DNA of 64,000 nucleotides, from positions 2,201 through 66,200 of the forward strand of contig JBNJEA010000001.1 of NCBI GenBank assembly GCA_051745395.1, given 5' to 3'. This DNA comes from Thermodesulfobacteriota bacterium (GTDB taxonomy: Bacteria; Desulfobacterota; Desulfobacteria; Desulfobacterales; Desulfosalsimonadaceae). The notes under the pieces are model-generated. The model searched no databases and was not told where the DNA came from. It was given only the letters and a program-made list of their open reading frames with translations. Position numbers and translations under genes: made by a program. Below are positions 27,779-41,347 of this stretch, one piece after another; position 1 is the stretch's first letter; each line of letters opens with the position of its first letter.

Positions 27779-27794
27779 CGGCCCTATTATTCCC

Positions 27795-28094
27795 CTATGA
27801 TTCATTGATATCGGTTGGGCTGCGATCCGACTTTCCGCGGACGATCCGGTATACACCGACCATCCGGTATACAAATCCGATCACCAGCACGAGGCTGATC
27901 AGGATGATCAGGTTGGAAGCAAAAAAACACATAATAAAGTCAAAGGGGTCGTTTAACCGATATGCGTGGATTACGAGCTCAATGCCGACATACAGAAAAA
28001 AAAAGGCAAACAGGACAAGAATGATTTGCCAGGGCCACCATAAATATCTATAATAAATCATTTTTATTTTTCGAAACAGTTCCGGTTCCTCCAT
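27795..28094 (-). CDS. Small membrane protein, 99 aa, two predicted TM helices
   Basis: Hydrophobic stretches WQIILVLFAFFFLYVGIELVI and FFASNLIILISLVLVIGFVY. GGGGA lies 7 nt upstream of the ATG. Confidence 0.5.
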   Translation of the reverse strand: MEEPELFRKIKMIYYRYLWWPWQIILVLFAFFFLYVGIELVIHAYRLNDPFDFIMCFFASNLIILISLVLVIGFVYRMVGVYRIVRGKSDRSPTDINES

Positions 28095-28331
28095 GGTTAT
28101 CCCCTTGACAATTTAATATTGATATTTTGTTGATAACCGAATAGTTTTAAACAATTTTCAATGGCCGGATCAAAACGCATATTTTTTCAATGAAATGTAA
28201 ACCAATTATTCAATAGCAAAATTAAATATTTTATCTTTTAAAATAAATATGTTATCAAATTCTTTAAATTATTGACACCCCTTATTATTTAATAATGGTT
28301 TTTAAATTAAAATAATATATAAGGAAAGGGT

Positions 28332-31912
<3,581 letters not shown>

Positions 31913-32068
31913 GACTGATCTTGTAAAGTAACACCTGCAAAGCCTGCCTTATAAAACCGTTTCCATTCAGTGGCCGGGCGAAAACAAGGAATTTTCGTCC
32001 GGCCACCATTTCTCCTTAATTTGGCTTTATTTGATCCACGGTCAAACAGCGTTATATTTAAAATTGCA

Positions 32069-34027
32069 ATGCCGCGGTTTTACACAAACGGAAAGAAAAC
32101 AGACGGGTTTGCGATTTTATCCATGATTGACTTTTTGATTCGACTATTAAAAAAACAATATCGGACCGTCGAATCCCAAAACACCGGGCAGCAGGATGTG
32201 GAAGCGCGGTTGAACGAAATAGAGATGTTTGTCGAACAAAATCTCGACAGCATGGACAGCCATATCTGTGTGCTGGATTGCAACGCCGATATTGTTTTCG
32301 TAAACGAGGCCTGGCGGCGATATGCCGATGAAAATCGTATGGGGTGGCCGGATTACGGGGCGGGTCGAAATTATCTGGCCGTATGCGATGCAGCCGAAGG
32401 GCCCGGCAGCGAAGGGGCAGATAAAGTGGCCCGCCGGCTTCGGGATCTGATTGCTGGCGGCACCAACCGGTTTCATCATCAATATTTTTGTCCCGGCAGC
32501 GACCGGGAAAATTGGTTTTTGCTTCGCGCCACCCGCATTTCCACCCACGATCGCATCCGCATCATCATGGCCCACGAAGATATCACCGACCAGATTGCCG
32601 CCCAAACGGCCCAGCGGAAAACCGAAGAACGCCTTCGGACCATGACGCAAAATGTTCCCGGCGTGGTCTACCGGTGCAAGATGGATTCTTTTTGGACCAT
32701 GTTTTTTATCAGCGACGCCATTTCCGATTTGACCGGTTATAAGGCCTCGGATTTTATTCACAATGAAAAACGCAGTTATGCGGATGTCATTGATCCCCAG
32801 GATCGCCGAATGGTCGAAGATCAGGTATCGCAGGCCGTTTCGGAAAACCGGCCTTTTGCCATTGAATACCGGATCATTCATGCAGACGGAAGCCCCCGCT
32901 GGGTGTATGAAAAAGGCATAGCGGCCGCAGGGGAGCAGTCCGATAACGGCCAGCAGATGTTAGACGGGGTCATGATCGATATTTCGCCCCGCAAACGGAT
33001 GGAAAAGGAGTTGCGGCATGCCAAGGAAGCCGCCGATGCGGCCAACAAGGCCAAAAGCACCTTTCTGGCCAATATGAGTCATGAAATTCGAACCCCCATG
33101 AATGCCATCCTTGGCTATTGCCAGTTGTTAAAACGCGACCCGGCGCTTACTGCCATCCAGGCCCGATATCTCGATACCATCAATAGCAGCGGCCAGCACC
33201 TGCTGGAACTGATCAACGATATTCTGGAAATGTCGAAAATCGAAGCCGGCCGGGTGACCGTGAAACCGGAAATTTTTGAGCTGCCGGCCTTGATTGCCGA
33301 TTTGGAAAACATGTTCCGGGTCCGCACGGAAGAAAAGAATTTGACCATCCGGATTCAAAGCGACAGCCTGGTGCCGAAGTACGTGCGGGCCGATCAGAAC
33401 AAAATCCGCCAGATTCTCATCAACATGTTAGACAATGCGGTCAAGTTCACGGAAACCGGCGAAATTGTGATGCGGATATCGGGCGGTGCCATAAATGAGA
33501 AATACTGGCGCATTGTTATTGAAATCGAAGACAGCGGCATCGGCATTTCAGATGAAGAGCAGGAAAAAATTTTTGAATACTTTACCCAGACCGACAGCGG
33601 CCGGAATCAATTACAGGGAACAGGCCTGGGAATGCCTTTGAGCCGCAAATATGCCCGCATGATGGGCGGTGAAATAACAGCCAGCAGCCGGTTTGGGCGG
33701 GGCAGCCGGTTTGATTTCAAATTGGATGTCGAAGTCGCCCAAACCGGGGAAATAGCCGGCCGGAATCAATATCGTTCCATTCAACCCACCGCTGGTAACC
33801 CGTCCGGCCAATATAAAAAAACCAATACCGCCGCGATTTCAAAAATCTCCGAAGACCGCCGGCAAAAAATTCGGTCGGCGGTCCTGGATGGGGATATATC
33901 CGGCATTCTGGCCGAAATCGAGACGGTTTCGCGTTTCGATACCGATTTGGCCGCGCATTTGCGCCAACTGGCCGAAGCCTATGAATATGACAATATTTTA
34001 AAAACTCTCGCTTTGGAGGAATCATGA
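32069..34027 (+). CDS. PAS-domain sensor histidine kinase (apparently cytoplasmic)
   Basis: H-box [15 protein letters not shown]-box [11 protein letters not shown]-boxes EDSGIGI and GTGLGM, with two PAS-like regions upstream. The start is uncertain (track GTG 31970; ATG 32069 or 32123). Overlaps the response regulator gene by 4 nt. Confidence 0.8.
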   Translation: MPRFYTNGKKTDGFAILSMIDFLIRLLKKQYRTVESQNTGQQDVEARLNEIEMFVEQNLDSMDSHICVLDCNADIVFVNEAWRRYADENRMGWPDYGAGRNYLAVCDAAEGPGSEGADKVARRLRDLIAGGTNRFHHQYFCPGSDRENWFLLRATRISTHDRIRIIMAHEDITDQIAAQTAQRKTEERLRTMTQNVPGVVYRCKMDSFWTMFFISDAISDLTGYKASDFIHNEKRSYADVIDPQDRRMVEDQVSQAVSENRPFAIEYRIIHADGSPRWVYEKGIAAAGEQSDNGQQMLDGVMIDISPRKRMEKELRHAKEAADAANKAKSTFLANMSHEIRTPMNAILGYCQLLKRDPALTAIQARYLDTINSSGQHLLELINDILEMSKIEAGRVTVKPEIFELPALIADLENMFRVRTEEKNLTIRIQSDSLVPKYVRADQNKIRQILINMLDNAVKFTETGEIVMRISGGAINEKYWRIVIEIEDSGIGISDEEQEKIFEYFTQTDSGRNQLQGTGLGMPLSRKYARMMGGEITASSRFGRGSRFDFKLDVEVAQTGEIAGRNQYRSIQPTAGNPSGQYKKTNTAAISKISEDRRQKIRSAVLDGDISGILAEIETVSRFDTDLAAHLRQLAEAYEYDNILKTLALEES

Positions 34028-35145
34028 ACCAGGTAACACAACAAGAACCGACATCCACGATCATGGTGGTCGATGATACACCGGCCAACCTGAGAATGCT
34101 CGACGAAATGCTCCGGGACCTGGGCTATCGCGTGGTTGCATTTCCCAAGGGGGAGCTGGCCGTCAAGGCGGCCCACAGAAACCCGCCCGATTTGATCCTG
34201 CTCGATATCCGGATGCCGGACATGGACGGCTATGCCGTCTGTCGCCACATCAAGGCCGACGACCGGCTCCACGACATTCCCGTCATTTTCATCAGTGCCT
34301 TGCGGGAAACCATGGACATGGTCAAGGCCTTTCAGGTCGGCGGCGTCGATTACGTCACCAAGCCGTTTCGCTTTGAAGAAGTCCATGCCCGGGTGGAAAC
34401 GCATTTGAAAATCCGGCGGATGCAGAAGGAACTCGAACGCCACAATCTCAACCTCCAGGAGCTTGTCGAAGAACAGGTCCGGGAAATATCCGATGCCCAG
34501 ATGGCCATGATATTTGCGTTGGCCAAACTGGCCGAATCCAGGGATGACGATACAGGCAAACACATAGAACGCGTGCAGTCCTACTGCCGGCTTCTTGCCG
34601 AGGCCCTTATTGAAAATACGCATTATAAGCCCGGCCTTGACCATCGGTTTGTCAAAAATATTTTTTATGCCAGTCCACTGCATGATATCGGCAAGGTGGG
34701 CATATCCGACAATATATTGCTAAAACCCGGAAAATTGACAACCGAGGAATATGAAATCATGAAAACCCATACCCTCATCGGGGCCCGGACCCTGGAGGCC
34801 GTAAGGGAAAAATATCCCCAGAACGATTTTATTAACATGGGCATTGAAATCGCGCGGTGGCACAATGAAAAGTGGGACGGGTCCGGGTATCCGGACGGGC
34901 TATCCGGGGAAAAAATACCCCTATCGGCCCGGATCATGACCGTCGCTGATGTCTATGACGCCCTTCGCTCCAAGCGGTGCTACAAACCCGCCTATAGCCA
35001 TGAAAAAGCCACTGAAATTTTAAAAAACGATGCCGGCTCTCACTTTGATCCCCTGCTCGTGGAAATCTACATGTCTTTGGAAGACCGGTTTGAACAAATC
35101 CAGCAAACCATGTATGGGCAGCGGGAATCGGAAATGACTTGTTGA
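34024..35145 (+). CDS. Response regulator receiver + HD-GYP domain protein (putative c-di-GMP phosphodiesterase)
   Basis: Receiver motif [18 protein letters not shown] motifs HDIGKVGI and [14 protein letters not shown]. Confidence 0.85.
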   Translation: MNQVTQQEPTSTIMVVDDTPANLRMLDEMLRDLGYRVVAFPKGELAVKAAHRNPPDLILLDIRMPDMDGYAVCRHIKADDRLHDIPVIFISALRETMDMVKAFQVGGVDYVTKPFRFEEVHARVETHLKIRRMQKELERHNLNLQELVEEQVREISDAQMAMIFALAKLAESRDDDTGKHIERVQSYCRLLAEALIENTHYKPGLDHRFVKNIFYASPLHDIGKVGISDNILLKPGKLTTEEYEIMKTHTLIGARTLEAVREKYPQNDFINMGIEIARWHNEKWDGSGYPDGLSGEKIPLSARIMTVADVYDALRSKRCYKPAYSHEKATEILKNDAGSHFDPLLVEIYMSLEDRFEQIQQTMYGQRESEMTC

Positions 35146-35164
35146 AACGTCCTTTCCTTTTTCA

Positions 35165-36553
35165 TCAAAATTCAATACTGCCCGGTGTCCGGGGAAAGGC
35201 AATCACATCCCGGATGTTGGAAATGCCGGTGACCAGCATAATAAACCGCTCGAACCCGAGCCCGTAGCCGCTGTGCGGGACTGAACCGTAGCGGCGTGAA
35301 TCCAGATACCACCAGTATTGCGCCGGATCGATGCCGGTTTCATGCATGCGCGCTTCGAGAACCTCGAGGCGCTCTTCGCGCTGGCTGCCGCCGATGATTT
35401 CGCCGATGCCGGGCACGATCACATCCATGGCGCCGACGGTTTTTCCGTCGTCATTGACCCGCATGTAAAAGGGTTTGATGGCACGGGGGTAGTCATGGAC
35501 AATTACCGGCTGTTTGAAATAAGACTCCGCCAGAAACCGCTCGTGTTCGGTCTGTAAGTCATCGCCGAAATCAATTTTGTATTCGAATTTCTGACCGCTT
35601 TGCTTTAAAATGGCCACGGCCTGTTCATAGGGCAGCCGGATAAAATAGTTGGCGGCGATGTTTTCCAGGGCCGCGGGCAGGGTTTTGTCCACAAACCGGG
35701 AAAACAGGGCCAGGTCTTCGGCACAATGGGTGTGTAAATGCGAAACCAGATGATGGACCAGGGCTTCGGCATTGTCCATGTTTTCCGCCAGGTCGCAGAA
35801 GGCCATTTCCGGCTCCACCATCCAGAACTCCGCGGCATGCCGGCTGGTATTGGAGTTTTCCGCCCGGAAGGTGGGGCCGAAGGTATAGACATCGCCCAGG
35901 GCCAGGGCATACATTTCGGCGGCCAATTGCCCGGAAACGGTCAGATTGGCCCTTTGGCCGAAAAAATCGTTTTCATAGGGCGCCTGCGGGTCGGCGGCGG
36001 CCATATCCGGCGGCGCAAGCGCGGTGGCGGTAAAGAGCTCGCCGGCGCCTTCGCAGTCCGAGGCGGTCAGAATGGGGGTATGCACGTAGACAAAGCCCCG
36101 GTCGCGGAAGAACTGGTGGACGGCAAAGGCCATTTCGGAACGGATTCGGAAAGCCGCGCCGTACTTGTTGGTACGCGGGCGCAGATGCCCGATGGTGCGC
36201 AGAAATTCGTCGGAATGCCGTTTTTTCTGCAGCGGGTAGGTGACCGGGGCGATCTGGTAGATATAGACCCGGTCGGCGGCAATTTCCCAAGCCTGTCCTT
36301 TTCCGGGAGAAGGCCGCAGGGCGCCTGTCACGGCCACCGCTGATCCGGTGGTCAACTGCTTGATTTGCCCGTAATTCTCCAGATGGTCTTCTGCGACCAC
36401 CTGGATGCTGGTCAAACAGGAGCCGTCGTTTACCTCGATAAAACAAAAGGTTTTCGAATCCCGGCGCGTGCGCACCCACCCCTTTATCAGGACCTGGTCG
36501 GCCGGGGCCTCTGCGGCCAGCAGTTGTTTGATTTTCTCTCGTTTCATGGCCAT
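35165..36553 (-). CDS. asnS: Asparagine--tRNA ligase
   Basis: 462 aa. OB-fold N-terminus IKGWVRTRRDSKTFCFIEVNDGS, FRAENSNTSRHAAEFWMVEPE, and the C-terminus AFPRTPGSIEF. Confidence 0.9.
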   Translation of the reverse strand: MAMKREKIKQLLAAEAPADQVLIKGWVRTRRDSKTFCFIEVNDGSCLTSIQVVAEDHLENYGQIKQLTTGSAVAVTGALRPSPGKGQAWEIAADRVYIYQIAPVTYPLQKKRHSDEFLRTIGHLRPRTNKYGAAFRIRSEMAFAVHQFFRDRGFVYVHTPILTASDCEGAGELFTATALAPPDMAAADPQAPYENDFFGQRANLTVSGQLAAEMYALALGDVYTFGPTFRAENSNTSRHAAEFWMVEPEMAFCDLAENMDNAEALVHHLVSHLHTHCAEDLALFSRFVDKTLPAALENIAANYFIRLPYEQAVAILKQSGQKFEYKIDFGDDLQTEHERFLAESYFKQPVIVHDYPRAIKPFYMRVNDDGKTVGAMDVIVPGIGEIIGGSQREERLEVLEARMHETGIDPAQYWWYLDSRRYGSVPHSGYGLGFERFIMLVTGISNIRDVIAFPRTPGSIEF

Positions 36554-36585
36554 GTGTCCTTCGTTTGGTGTTTGATGCTGCAGAG

Positions 36586-36614
36586 ATTATAACCCACCCG
36601 AAGCGGGCAGACAA
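36586..36614 (-). promoter_or_regulatory. Candidate sigma-70 promoter of asnS
   Basis: On the minus strand TTGTCT-N17-TATAAT, about 35 nt upstream of the asnS ATG. Confidence 0.35.
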
Positions 36615-36717
36615 GCCCGCCGGCCGCAATAGCGGAGGGCGAAAACCAAGGGGCCGGTCTGTTGCTGCTCATGTAATCATCGATCGGCGTGAAGTCAAAT
36701 GTTTTTGCGCAATTTGC

Positions 36718-36755
36718 TTGACAAGGCATCGGGTTTTGCATATAGTCGATGCCTT
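36718..36755 (+). promoter_or_regulatory. Near-consensus sigma-70 promoter with a 9-bp inverted repeat bracketing the -10
   Basis: TTGACA (36718-36723), 17-nt spacer, TATAGT (36741-36746). AAGGCATCG (36723-36731) and CGATGCCTT (36747-36755) are perfect inverted repeats. Confidence 0.5.
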
Positions 36756-36862
36756 TGAAAATCGAATGGAACATTCGTTTGTTCGTCTTTCGTATAATCA
36801 AGATATTTCTGTAAAGCCGGCGGCCGGTGAGATCAACGGCAATTTCGGCTGAAGTGTAAAAC

Positions 36863-37399
36863 ATGGCATCCCGACAGATATTTGAAGAAAACAGAAAAAA
36901 ATGGGTCGATAAGTGGCTCGATGTGGTGATTGATACATATCCCCAGGAATCGGGCTATTTTTTTAAAGAAACCGGCGACCCCTTTGCCAACCCGGTTGGC
37001 GCCACCTTAAAGCGCGGTATAAACGAATTATACGACGTTTTGGTGGCGTCCAAATTCGACCGGGATGCCGCCCGGCAGGCCCTGGATCCCATGATTCGTC
37101 TTCGGGCGGTCCAGGAGTTTAGCCCGGCCGGCGCGATCGGGTTTCTTTTTGAGCTCAAGCGCATCCTGGCCAGTGACCTGGAAAAGTCCCGGGCCCGTGA
37201 AAAGGACATCGCAGAAAAAATGGCCGTCATTGACAGCCGGATTGACGAAACATCGCTGATGGCCTTTGACCTGTACATGGACTGCAAAAAGAAGGTATAT
37301 GAGCTCAGGGCCAATCAGGCACGTGACAGTGTCAGGCAATTGCTGCTCAAAAAGGGTTTGGTCAGTGAGCTGCCGGAGACGGATCCGGAGCTCGGATAA
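36863..37399 (+). CDS. Hypothetical protein, 178 aa, first gene ahead of dsrMKJOP (possibly an RsbRD-N-like sensor-type domain; tentative)
   Basis: Track ORF, helical composition, same strand and 96 nt upstream of dsrM. The domain suggestion comes from recall only and needs an HMM search. Confidence 0.6.
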   Translation: MASRQIFEENRKKWVDKWLDVVIDTYPQESGYFFKETGDPFANPVGATLKRGINELYDVLVASKFDRDAARQALDPMIRLRAVQEFSPAGAIGFLFELKRILASDLEKSRAREKDIAEKMAVIDSRIDETSLMAFDLYMDCKKKVYELRANQARDSVRQLLLKKGLVSELPETDPELG

Positions 37400-37495
37400 T
37401 TAGGATAACAATGGTTTTAACCGGCAGACCGGCCGCGATCGGATAAGGAAAACCCTTTATTCGGCCACAGGGCCGGCAAAGTGAGGTGGTGGTCA

Positions 37496-38506
37496 ATGAA
37501 TGCAGCATACTTGTATTCCCTCATTGCAGTCGTCGTTTTGGGATTAATTGCTTTTGCGGGGGTTGAAGCGGCGGGATTGGACGGGTTGTTTGGAATATTG
37601 ATTCCCTATCTCGCCCTGGTCATTTTTATTGTGGGATTTGCCAACCGGATTATCGACTGGGCCAAGTCCCCGGTTCCGTTTCGTATTCCCACCACAAGCG
37701 GCCAGCAGAAATCGCTGGACTGGATCAAGCCCAACCGGATCGACAGCCCGTATACCAGGGGCGCTGTCGTGGTTCGGATGGCGCTGGAAATTTTGTTGTT
37801 CCGCTCGTTGTTTAAAAATACCCGCTCGGGATTTGCCAAAGCCGGCGATTCGGACAGGCTGACCTACAAGTGGGTGGTCTGGTTGTGGCTGTTTGCGATT
37901 TTGTTCCATTACTCCTTTTTCGTGGTGGTCATCCGGCATATCCGGTTTTTTGCCGAGCCCACGCCGTTTTTTGTCAGCGCACTGGAAAAAGTCGACGGCA
38001 TCCTCCAGATCGGGCTTCCCGGGCTGTTTATCTCGGGTGTCGCCCTGCTTGCCGGCGCCACCCTGCTGCTGTTCCGGCGGGTTTTTCTGCCCAAGGTGAA
38101 ATATATTTCCCGGGCAGCCGATTACTTTCCGCTGTTTCTCATTATCGGCATTGCGATTACCGGTATTATGATGCGGTATTTCACCAAGGTCGACGTGGTC
38201 AAGGTCAAGGAACTGACCATGGGCCTGGCGAGTTTCCAGCCCGCAATTCCCGAAGGCGGGCTCGGCGGCCTGTTCTACGTGCACCTGTTTTTTGTCGCCA
38301 TTCTCGTGGCCTACATTCCGTTTAGCAAGCTCATGCACATGGGCGGCGTCTTTATGAGCCCGACCCGGAATCTGCCCAACAACAGCCGGGCGGAGCGGCA
38401 TATTAATCCGTGGAATTATCCGGTCGCAACCCATACCTACGAAGAGTATGAAGACGATTTCAGGGAAAAAATGAAAGAGGCTGGCCTTCCAGTTGAAAAG
38501 GAGTAA
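37496..38506 (+). CDS. dsrM: DsrM, NarI/HdrE-like haem b membrane subunit of the DsrMKJOP complex
   Basis: Polytopic. I use ATG 37496 (GAGGTGG upstream) rather than the track's GTG 37481. First of five tightly packed genes in dsrMKJOP order. Confidence 0.85.
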   Translation: MNAAYLYSLIAVVVLGLIAFAGVEAAGLDGLFGILIPYLALVIFIVGFANRIIDWAKSPVPFRIPTTSGQQKSLDWIKPNRIDSPYTRGAVVVRMALEILLFRSLFKNTRSGFAKAGDSDRLTYKWVVWLWLFAILFHYSFFVVVIRHIRFFAEPTPFFVSALEKVDGILQIGLPGLFISGVALLAGATLLLFRRVFLPKVKYISRAADYFPLFLIIGIAITGIMMRYFTKVDVVKVKELTMGLASFQPAIPEGGLGGLFYVHLFFVAILVAYIPFSKLMHMGGVFMSPTRNLPNNSRAERHINPWNYPVATHTYEEYEDDFREKMKEAGLPVEKE

Positions 38507-38512
38507 GTAGTC

Positions 38513-40132
38513 ATGGCAGAGACCCCCAAACCAGAAGAGCTGATTCAAGATATTGATCATACCCCGCCGGAAAAGGACTGGGAGGATATACCGCCGGATA
38601 TGTCACCCGGCAAGTTCTGTTATCCTACAAAAAACAAGAACCTGCAATATCTGGGCCTGCCCACCCCCCAGGCCGAGGAATGGTCGCCGGCCGATGAGCA
38701 GTGGCCGCTGCCGGACAACTGGCAGGAAATCATATATGAAGGTTTCCGGGATCGCCTGGACAAATACCGATCCCTGAAGATATTTATGGACACCTGCGTG
38801 CGCTGCGGGGCCTGTGCGGACAAGTGCCATTTTTTTATCGGCACGGGCGATCCCAAGAACATGCCGGTGGTACGGGCCGAACTGCTTCGGTCGATCTACC
38901 GCAAGGACTTTACCACGGCCGGCAAGATCCTCGGCCGGATCGCCGGCGGCCGGCCCCTGACCCAGCAGGTGATCAAGGAATGGTTTTCCTATTTCTACCA
39001 GTGCACGGAATGCCGGCGCTGTTCGGTCTACTGCCCCTACGGTATTGATACGGCCGAAGTGACCATGATGGGCCGGGAATTGCTGACGCTTCTGGGCATC
39101 AACATCAACTGGATCCTCGAGCCGGCGGCCAACTGTTTCCGCACCGGCAACCACCTGGGCATCCAGCCGCACGCCTTCAAGGAAATGATCGAGTTTTTCT
39201 GCGACGACATCGAGGAAATCACCGGCCTGAAATTAAACCCAACCTTCAACCGCAAGGGCGCAGAAATCCTGTTTATCACCCCGTCCGGCGATGTCTTCGC
39301 CGATCCGGGTACGTATACGATGATGGGCTACCTGATGCTTTTCGAGCATATCGGCCTGGACTACACCCTGTCCACTTATGCTTCCGAGGGCGGCAACTTC
39401 GGGCTGTTTACCTCCTCGGAGATGATGAAGCGCCTAAACGCAAAGATGTATGCCGAGGCCAAGCGGCTCGGGGTCAAGTGGATTCTCGGCGGCGAATGCG
39501 GTCACATGTGGCGGGTGATTCACCAGTACATGGATACCATGAACGGACCGGCCGATTTCGGCGAAACCCCGGTCAACCCGATTACCGGCACCCGGTTCGA
39601 CAACGCGGCGGCGACCAAGATGGTCCATGTTGCCGAGTTTACAGCCGATTTGATCCGCAACAACAAGTTAAAGCTCGATCCCAGCCGGAATGACAAGTTC
39701 AAGGTCACCTTCCACGATTCCTGCAACCCGTCCCGGGCCATGGGCTTGCTCGAAGAGCCCCGGTATGTGCTCAAGCATGTATGCAACAATTTCTATGAAA
39801 TGCCGGAAAACACCATACGCGAGCAGACCTTCTGCTGCGGCAGCGGCTCCGGGTTAAATACGGAAGAGATCATGGAATTGCGGATGCGCGGTGGTCTCCC
39901 CCGCGCCAACGCGGTCCGGCACGTGCACGACAAATACGGGGTCAACATGCTGTCTTGTATTTGCGCCATCGACCGCGCGGCATTTCCGCCGTTGATGGAC
40001 TACTGGGTTCCCGAAGTCGGTGTCACCGGCATACACGAGCTGCTCGGCAACGCGCTGGTAATGGACGGCGAAATCGAACGAACCACCGACCTGCGCTTCG
40101 AACCCCTGACAGAAGAAGAAACGGAGGAGTAA
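38513..40132 (+). CDS. dsrK: DsrK, HdrD-like iron-sulfur subunit
   Basis: 539 aa. Ferredoxin-type clusters CVRCGACADKC and CTECRRCSVYCP. CCG-type Cys motifs FHDSCNPSR and TFCCGSGSG. Confidence 0.9.
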   Translation: MAETPKPEELIQDIDHTPPEKDWEDIPPDMSPGKFCYPTKNKNLQYLGLPTPQAEEWSPADEQWPLPDNWQEIIYEGFRDRLDKYRSLKIFMDTCVRCGACADKCHFFIGTGDPKNMPVVRAELLRSIYRKDFTTAGKILGRIAGGRPLTQQVIKEWFSYFYQCTECRRCSVYCPYGIDTAEVTMMGRELLTLLGININWILEPAANCFRTGNHLGIQPHAFKEMIEFFCDDIEEITGLKLNPTFNRKGAEILFITPSGDVFADPGTYTMMGYLMLFEHIGLDYTLSTYASEGGNFGLFTSSEMMKRLNAKMYAEAKRLGVKWILGGECGHMWRVIHQYMDTMNGPADFGETPVNPITGTRFDNAAATKMVHVAEFTADLIRNNKLKLDPSRNDKFKVTFHDSCNPSRAMGLLEEPRYVLKHVCNNFYEMPENTIREQTFCCGSGSGLNTEEIMELRMRGGLPRANAVRHVHDKYGVNMLSCICAIDRAAFPPLMDYWVPEVGVTGIHELLGNALVMDGEIERTTDLRFEPLTEEETEE

Positions 40133-40136
40133 GTCG

Positions 40137-40523
40137 ATGTATGATAAGGGCAAAGTGATCGCCGGTTTGGTCATATTTTTTGCGATCCTGACGTTTCCGT
40201 TCTGGTACAATCATGGTTCCGCCGACTCCGCCCCGGAGCCGGAGTTGACCAAAAAGGCGAAAAAGGCCGAAACCTGCATCGCCGAAACGGATTACATGCG
40301 GACCGAGCACATGCAGATACTGGATCAATGGCGGGATACGACGACGCGCGACGGCAAACGCGTCTATGTCAATGAAGACGGCGAAGAATACACGGCCAGT
40401 TTGTCGAATACCTGCATGGATTGTCATTCCAACAAGGAAGATTTTTGTGACGAATGCCACGATTATGCTTCTGTCTCGCCCTACTGCTGGGATTGTCATA
40501 CCTACCCGGAGGAGAAGGAATAA
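40137..40523 (+). CDS. dsrJ: DsrJ, trihaem cytochrome c
   Basis: 128 aa. N-terminal membrane anchor, three CxxCH sites (CMDCH, CDECH, CWDCH), and a conserved upstream Cys (ETCIAE). Confidence 0.9.
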   Translation: MYDKGKVIAGLVIFFAILTFPFWYNHGSADSAPEPELTKKAKKAETCIAETDYMRTEHMQILDQWRDTTTRDGKRVYVNEDGEEYTASLSNTCMDCHSNKEDFCDECHDYASVSPYCWDCHTYPEEKE

Positions 40524-41329
40524 TGGATAACAGCAGACGAAAATTTCTGAAAACCGCCGGATATTCGGTGATCGGAATTGGTGCGGGCTCGATGCTGATC
40601 ACCCTGGCGCCGAAAATCACCCGTGCCAGCCAGGAAAAATCCAAGCCGCGATACACCGACCAGCCCGAGGCAAAGAAGGCCACACGGTGGGGTATGGTGA
40701 TCGATACGCGCAAAATCGATTCCGCTATCAACCGCAAAATCCAGGATGCCTGCCATAAGGTCCACAACGTGCCCGACCATGTGGCCGAGTTCGACAAAAA
40801 AGACCATGAAATCAAGTGGATCTGGTCGACCGGATATCTGCACGCATTCCCGGGCCGTGAAAACCAGTTTTTGACCGACAAGCTGGCGGACAAAAAAATC
40901 CCCGTGCTGTGCAACCATTGCGACAATCCGCCGTGTGTCCAGGCCTGTCCGACCAAAGCGACGTTTAAGCGCGAATCCGACGGCATCGTGTTGATGGATT
41001 TTCATCGCTGCATCGGCTGCCGCTTCTGCGTGGCGGCCTGCCCCTATGGGGCCCGGAGTTTTAATTTCCGCGATCCCCGGCCGGCCATTAAAGAGGAAAA
41101 TCCGGATTTTCCAACCCGCATGAAAGGCGTCGTGGAGAAATGCAACTTCTGCGCCGAACGCCTGGCCGACGGCAAAATGCCGGCTTGCGTGGAAGCTTCT
41201 GAAGGAGCACTGGTTTTCGGCGATTTAAACGACCCGGATTCCGAGATCCGGAAACTGCTGGCTGATGAATATGCCATCCGGCGGAAAGTGAGCCTCGGTA
41301 CGTACCCGTCCGTATTTTATATCGTATGA
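40523..41329 (+). CDS. dsrO: DsrO, periplasmic ferredoxin-like FeS subunit (Tat-exported)
   Basis: ATG 40523 overlaps the dsrJ stop (TAATG). Twin-arginine signal MDNSRRKFLKTAG. Cys clusters CNHCDNPPCVQACP, CIGCRFCVAACP and CNFCAERL. Confidence 0.9.
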   Translation: MDNSRRKFLKTAGYSVIGIGAGSMLITLAPKITRASQEKSKPRYTDQPEAKKATRWGMVIDTRKIDSAINRKIQDACHKVHNVPDHVAEFDKKDHEIKWIWSTGYLHAFPGRENQFLTDKLADKKIPVLCNHCDNPPCVQACPTKATFKRESDGIVLMDFHRCIGCRFCVAACPYGARSFNFRDPRPAIKEENPDFPTRMKGVVEKCNFCAERLADGKMPACVEASEGALVFGDLNDPDSEIRKLLADEYAIRRKVSLGTYPSVFYIV

Positions 41330-41347
41330 TCATCGTATGAGGGAGCT

